From Bacteroidota bacterium (GTDB lineage: Bacteria > Bacteroidota > Bacteroidia > Chitinophagales > Chitinophagaceae): a stretch of 19,408 bases of DNA. The position numbers and the translations under genes are program-made. Shown here piece after piece: positions 15,379 to 19,408 of the stretch; within the stretch, counting starts at the first letter, position 1, and every line of letters begins with the position of its first letter. The stretch covers positions 1-19,408 of the forward strand of contig JAFAEW010000134.1 in NCBI GenBank assembly GCA_023423835.1, in the 5' to 3' direction. Under the pieces are notes generated by a model. It made no database searches. It saw only the letters and a list, made by a program, of their open reading frames with translations, and was not told the origin of the DNA.

Positions 15379-16512
15379 ATGCAAAAAGGCACGAAATATA
15401 TACATGCAGGAATGGAGCCCGATCCTTCAACCGGCGCAATCATGACACCGATTTATCAAACTTCAACTTTTGTGCAATCGGCTCCCGGGGAAAATAAAGG
15501 ATACGAATATGCGCGGTCACAAAATCCCACACGCACAGCACTGGAAAATGCGCTGGCCGAAATTGAAAACGGAAAATTTGGGCTTGCATTCAGCAGCGGA
15601 GTAGCTGCCTCAGATGCGATAATGAAACTGTTGGTGCCTGGAGATGAGGTCATTGCCGCCAATGATATGTATGGGGGCACCTATCGCCTGTTTATGAAAG
15701 TGTATGACAAGATGGGAATAAAATTTCATTTTACTTCCATGCAGGATCTTCCCGGTATTGCATCATTGATCAATGAAAAAACGAAAATACTGTGGACAGA
15801 AACGCCTACCAATCCGTTAATGCGAATCACCGATATTAAAGCGGTGGCGAGCCTGGGAAAGAAACATAATCTCATAACGGTGGTTGACAACACCTTTGCT
15901 TCACCCTATCTCCAGAATCCGCTCGATCTTGGTGCTGATATCGTTTTACACAGCGCCACCAAATACCTTGGAGGCCACAGCGATGTTATTCAGGGAGCAC
16001 TTGTGATGAATGATGCGAATTTGAGAGAGCAGTTGTACTTTATTCAAAAAAGTTGCGGTGCGGTTCCCGGTCCGATGGATTGTTTTCTCGTGTTAAGAGG
16101 CATAAAAACATTGCATGTAAGAATGCAGCGGCATTGTGAGAACGGTGCGAAAATCGCGGAGTTTCTGAGGCAGCATCCGAAAGTGTCGAAGGTGTACTGG
16201 CCGGGATTTCCCGATAGTGAAGGATATGAAATCGCAAAAAGTCAGATGAAGGATTTTGGTGGAATGATAAGCTTCGAATTGAAAGATGAAAATGATACCC
16301 GCAGGGTCTTGAGCACCACAAAATTATTTGCACTTGCCGAAAGTCTTGGAGGAGTGGAATCGCTGATCAATCATCCCGCTAGCATGACGCATGCTTCCAT
16401 TCCCAGAGAAGAAAGAATCAGGAATGGATTGTCAGACGCATTAATCAGACTAAGTGTTGGCATTGAGGCGGCAGAAGATCTGATAGAAGATCTGAGGCAG
16501 GCGATCGGCTAA
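15379..16512 (+). CDS. Cys/Met-metabolism PLP-dependent enzyme (cystathionine gamma-synthase / beta-lyase / gamma-lyase family)
   Basis: 377 aa. PLP-lysine region 'HSATKYLGGHSDVIQG'. The N-terminal 'TGAIMTPIYQTSTF' and 'YEYARSQNPTR' motifs are diagnostic of the trans-sulfuration PLP family. The exact reaction cannot be assigned from sequence alone. Confidence 0.85.
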   Translation: MQKGTKYIHAGMEPDPSTGAIMTPIYQTSTFVQSAPGENKGYEYARSQNPTRTALENALAEIENGKFGLAFSSGVAASDAIMKLLVPGDEVIAANDMYGGTYRLFMKVYDKMGIKFHFTSMQDLPGIASLINEKTKILWTETPTNPLMRITDIKAVASLGKKHNLITVVDNTFASPYLQNPLDLGADIVLHSATKYLGGHSDVIQGALVMNDANLREQLYFIQKSCGAVPGPMDCFLVLRGIKTLHVRMQRHCENGAKIAEFLRQHPKVSKVYWPGFPDSEGYEIAKSQMKDFGGMISFELKDENDTRRVLSTTKLFALAESLGGVESLINHPASMTHASIPREERIRNGLSDALIRLSVGIEAAEDLIEDLRQAIG

Positions 16513-16521
16513 TCTTTGATT

Positions 16522-17292
16522 ATGGATGACAGACAACTAAATGACTTTCTCGATTCTAAGGTGGAGCAATACGATCGGGCGGCTTTTGTTTACGATGATC
16601 CTGTTAGCATTCCTCATTTATTCTCACATAAGCAGGATATTGAGATCGCCGGATTTTTCGCCGCTATCTTCGCCTGGGGTAAGCGCTCGATCATTATTAA
16701 TAAATGCCGGGAACTGTTGCATTTAATGGATAATGCTCCTTTCGATTTTATCCTCCATCATTCAGATGCAGATCTGAAAAACCTGCTAGCGTTCAGGCAT
16801 CGCACATTCAATACCACGGATCTCCTCTATTTCATTCACTTTTTGAAATATCATTATTCAAATTATGACAGTCTAGAGACTGCGTTTTTGATTCCTCCCT
16901 TAGCAGAGAACAAATTAGTTGAATCGGGATTAATTAACTTTCATGACTACTTTTTTTCACTCCCCGATTTTCCTCTGCGTACGAAAAAACATATTGCCAC
17001 ACCGGATCGTAATGCGAGCTGCAAAAGATTAAATATGTATCTCCGCTGGATGGTGAGAGGCGGGGAGGTTGATTTTGGGTTATGGAAAACCATTCAGCCA
17101 AAAGATCTGATCTGTCCTGTTGATTTGCATGTGGCAAGAGTTGCGAGAAAGCTTGGTCTGCTTCAAAAAAAACAAACGGACTGGCAGGCGGCTTTAGAAA
17201 TAACTGAAAATCTTAGAAGGCTGGATCCTTCTGATCCGGTAAAATATGATTTAGCTTTGTTTGGATTGGGAATATTTGAAAAATATTATTAA
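16522..17292 (+). CDS. DUF2400 / TIGR02757-family protein with an endonuclease-III-like (HhH-GPD superfamily) catalytic-Asp motif
   Basis: ~256 aa (ATG at 16522; a TTG at 16516 is an alternative start), beginning 4-10 bp after the upstream gene. The C-terminal 'CPVDLHVARVARKLGLL' closely mirrors the Nth/MutY 'VDTHVxRVxxRLG' segment that carries the catalytic Asp. The family name is recalled from memory, not searched. Confidence 0.65.
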   Translation: MDDRQLNDFLDSKVEQYDRAAFVYDDPVSIPHLFSHKQDIEIAGFFAAIFAWGKRSIIINKCRELLHLMDNAPFDFILHHSDADLKNLLAFRHRTFNTTDLLYFIHFLKYHYSNYDSLETAFLIPPLAENKLVESGLINFHDYFFSLPDFPLRTKKHIATPDRNASCKRLNMYLRWMVRGGEVDFGLWKTIQPKDLICPVDLHVARVARKLGLLQKKQTDWQAALEITENLRRLDPSDPVKYDLALFGLGIFEKYY

Positions 17293-17301
17293 GCAACCGG
17301 T

Positions 17302-17604
17302 ATGGACAGTACAACTCCCGATGCTTTAGCACGACTACTGCAAACAGACTTGCCGGCGACGGAAGATTTTGTAAAACAACTGGCGGACTATTGCAATTAT
17401 CTTATAGAACAGGATTTTGAAAAACTGCTTCAACTTCTTTACAGGATAGATGTTGATGAATCGAAAATCAAAAAACTACTAAAAACTTCCGATCAGGATG
17501 CAGGTACCATCATTGCCCGCTTATTGATTGAACGCCAACAACAAAAACGATCCGGGAGAGATAAGGGCAACAGTGCAGCCATATCGGAGGAAGAAAGATG
17601 GTAA
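17302..17604 (+). CDS. hypothetical small all-helical protein with a basic C-terminal tail
   Basis: 100 aa with an ATG start 9 bp after the DUF2400 gene. Acidic helical N-terminal part ('EDFVKQLADYCNYLIEQDFEKLLQLLYRIDVDESKIKKLL') and Lys/Arg/Gln-rich tail ('ERQQQKRSGRDKGN'). No recognisable motif. Confidence 0.55.
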   Translation: MDSTTPDALARLLQTDLPATEDFVKQLADYCNYLIEQDFEKLLQLLYRIDVDESKIKKLLKTSDQDAGTIIARLLIERQQQKRSGRDKGNSAAISEEERW

Positions 17605-17671
17605 AATTGCCAGTGAAAACCGGCCATCGTCGCATTGATGCTATGATTTAGTTTGATGTTTCTGATTGCAT

Positions 17672-18775
17672 CTACATCGTTTCCTCAAAAATATTTTCGT
17701 GAAAAGCATTCCGTTTCAGGAGTGTGTAATGATTTTTTAAGGATGTGAATAAGGAAAATTTTCGATAGGGCAGTTTATTTTCTCTTGCAAATTCTTCAAT
17801 TGCCTTCGTCACTTCCGGATAATAAACATGGTTGATACCGGGAAACAGGTGATGTGCGATATGATAATTGAAGCATCCCATGAAAAATCTTGTGAAACGA
17901 TTGTCTTCCTTTATATCGTTCGTGCACATCAATTGGTGCATAAACCAGGAGGTGGGCATGTGAACGTTTTCATCGGGTTGTGGAAAAGCACTTTCAATAT
18001 TTGCATGAGGCGATAATAAAACAATCAGTGCAAGAAAGCTGGCCGAAAACATCATCACCAAAAATGCCGAAAACACCTGGAAGAAGCTTATGTTTAAGAC
18101 CAGCATTGGTACGATGAGGATATAAAAAAGAAAAAGCAGTTTAAATAAAAACAGCTTTACAAATTCAATTTTTGGAATGACTACAACTTTCTTCACGATT
18201 GAGTCGGATCTGAAGAAGTCTTTGAAATCCCGGATCAGTAGCCAGTTCAATAAAAAAAACGGATACAGAAATGGAAGATAAATATGCTGATAGCGGTGAA
18301 TGGGTTCGTAATCTCCCTCGGGAAATATTCTGGCAATGGGACTCTGCTCGATATCGCTGTCCCAACCCATCACATTGGGATAATTGTGGTGCAGGCGGAT
18401 ATGTCTTATTTTCCAGATAAAACTGTTGGCGCCCAGCAAATCAAAGAAATGTACGTACCAGTTGTTTAACCGCTTATCCGCAAAGAGGGTATGGTGAACA
18501 GCTTCGTGTATGAGATTCAGGAAATTTAAGATGATGAGCAGTCCCAGAACAATGTAACCTCCATACAGTACTGCCGGAACGTTTCCCCAAATTAAAACCA
18601 TCGAATAGGTAAGGATGTAAAATGCCGGGAATAAAACTGCCTTTAAAATGATGGTTGATTTTTTTCGAGGCTCGAGGTTTTTTACAATCTCATTGACCCG
18701 GCTGCGAAGTTTTAAGAACAAGGCTGCATTGTTTTCCTTTAGAAAGACGGGTTTTACGTTTAAAGTTTTTTTCAT
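17672..18775 (-). CDS. membrane fatty-acid desaturase family protein (di-iron, three histidine boxes)
   Basis: Histidine boxes 'HEAVHH', 'HIRLHHNYPN' and 'HIAHHLFP' with multiple TM segments between them. ATG start chosen at 18775 ('MKKTLNVKPVF...'); the ORF track's GTG at 18820 adds 15 aa. Confidence 0.82.
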   Translation of the reverse strand: MKKTLNVKPVFLKENNAALFLKLRSRVNEIVKNLEPRKKSTIILKAVLFPAFYILTYSMVLIWGNVPAVLYGGYIVLGLLIILNFLNLIHEAVHHTLFADKRLNNWYVHFFDLLGANSFIWKIRHIRLHHNYPNVMGWDSDIEQSPIARIFPEGDYEPIHRYQHIYLPFLYPFFLLNWLLIRDFKDFFRSDSIVKKVVVIPKIEFVKLFLFKLLFLFYILIVPMLVLNISFFQVFSAFLVMMFSASFLALIVLLSPHANIESAFPQPDENVHMPTSWFMHQLMCTNDIKEDNRFTRFFMGCFNYHIAHHLFPGINHVYYPEVTKAIEEFARENKLPYRKFSLFTSLKNHYTLLKRNAFHENIFEETM

Positions 18776-18947
18776 AGTTGCAATATTTGGAATACGACAA
18801 CCGATTTTATCAACCCTCACTCAAACAGCTTGTTCAACTAAAAGTAGTTGCCGATAAATGAAAAATTTTAATTCAGAACCTACTACAGATTTCTTTCTTC
18901 AGGTTTACTGAAAAAACGATGCCTGAATCAGATCTCCGGCAAATCCC

Positions 18948-19408
18948 TCAGCAAATTTCTTTATTTAAAAGGATATATTCAATCACTTTTGGATAAAAGG
19001 TGTGTTCCAGTAAGTGAATGCGCTCTGCCAGCGTTTCAACGGTGTCGTTCGGATAGACCGGACAGGTGGTTTGGAAAATGTGCTTCCCATTATCATATTT
19101 TTCATCTACAAAATGAATAGTAATACCGCTTTCGGAGTTTCCGGATTGAAGAACGGCTTCATGCACGTTCTTCCCATACATTCCTTTTCCACCAAATGCC
19201 GGCAACAGCGCGGGGTGGATATTGATGATTTTTTCAGGATAAGCATTGATCAATGCCGAAGGGATCTTCCATAAAAAACCTGCGAGCACCAAAAAGTCAA
19301 TCTTCAAACGCCTGAGTTCCGACACATAACCTTCGCCTTTGAAAAAGCGTTCCCGTTCAATCAGTAATAAAGGAATGTGGTGATCTTTAGCAATGGAGAG
19401 AACTCCGG
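18948..19408 (-). CDS. purN: phosphoribosylglycinamide formyltransferase (GAR transformylase), 5' end beyond the window
   Basis: The minus-strand frame is open to the window end ('...VLSIAKDHHIPLLLIERERFFKGEGYVSELRRLKIDFLVLAGFLWKIP...NIHPALLPAFGGKGMYG...HFVDEKYDNG'). It carries the PurN formyl-transferase 'NIHPALLP' and 'H.VDE..D.G' motifs. Confidence 0.85.
   Translation of the reverse strand, partial: GVLSIAKDHHIPLLLIERERFFKGEGYVSELRRLKIDFLVLAGFLWKIPSALINAYPEKIINIHPALLPAFGGKGMYGKNVHEAVLQSGNSESGITIHFVDEKYDNGKHIFQTTCPVYPNDTVETLAERIHLLEHTFYPKVIEYILLNKEIC

Noticed and set aside
1-19408. Scan for tRNA/rRNA genes, CRISPR repeats, IS/transposase or integrase genes, and long direct repeats
   Set aside because: No tRNA-like T-loop/acceptor patterns in the intergenic regions. 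No repeat-spacer periodicity. No transposase, integrase or phage-like ORFs. Every ORF of at least 100 codons is accounted for by housekeeping-type genes.

Overview
This 19.4-kb window reads as ordinary, densely coding chromosomal DNA with no mobile elements, CRISPR arrays, tRNA or rRNA genes. It is probably from a Bacteroidota genome (Chitinophagia/Sphingobacteriia-like); that guess is an inference from roughly 42% GC, the near-absence of Shine-Dalgarno sequences, and TAnnTTTG-type -7 promoter motifs before several genes. About 20 genes were recognised from motifs in the supplied translations: a TlpA-like thioredoxin (5' end off-window) in an operon with a parvulin/SurA-like PPIase; a Met/Asn-rich lipoprotein plus a DJ-1/PfpI protein; nadE; an M23 peptidase plus the peroxiredoxin Bcp; a PfkB kinase; a DUF92 membrane protein; ruvB followed by a MurC-family ligase; an SPFH/band-7 protein; an aldo/keto reductase; a Cys/Met-family PLP enzyme; a DUF2400/TIGR02757 protein plus a small helical protein; a membrane fatty-acid desaturase; and purN (5' end off-window). 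No large novel system is evident. The points most worth checking are six. (1) A 55-aa two-helix membrane ORF, missing from the ORF track, whose stop overlaps the start codon of the SPFH gene (ATGA). (2) A DUF2400 protein with an endonuclease-III-like 'PVDLHVARVARKLGL' motif, followed 9 bp later by a 100-aa helical ORF. (3) An 80-aa Met/Asn-rich lipoprotein with a CRP/FNR-like palindrome upstream and, downstream, a pfpI gene carrying the only strong Shine-Dalgarno in the window. (4) A MurC-family ligase sitting next to ruvB with divergent C-terminal motifs. (5) The 15-bp palindrome in the SPFH/aldo-keto-reductase divergent region. (6) A DUF92 (VTE6-like) membrane protein. Nothing here was checked against a database; all calls rest on motifs read directly from the sequence.
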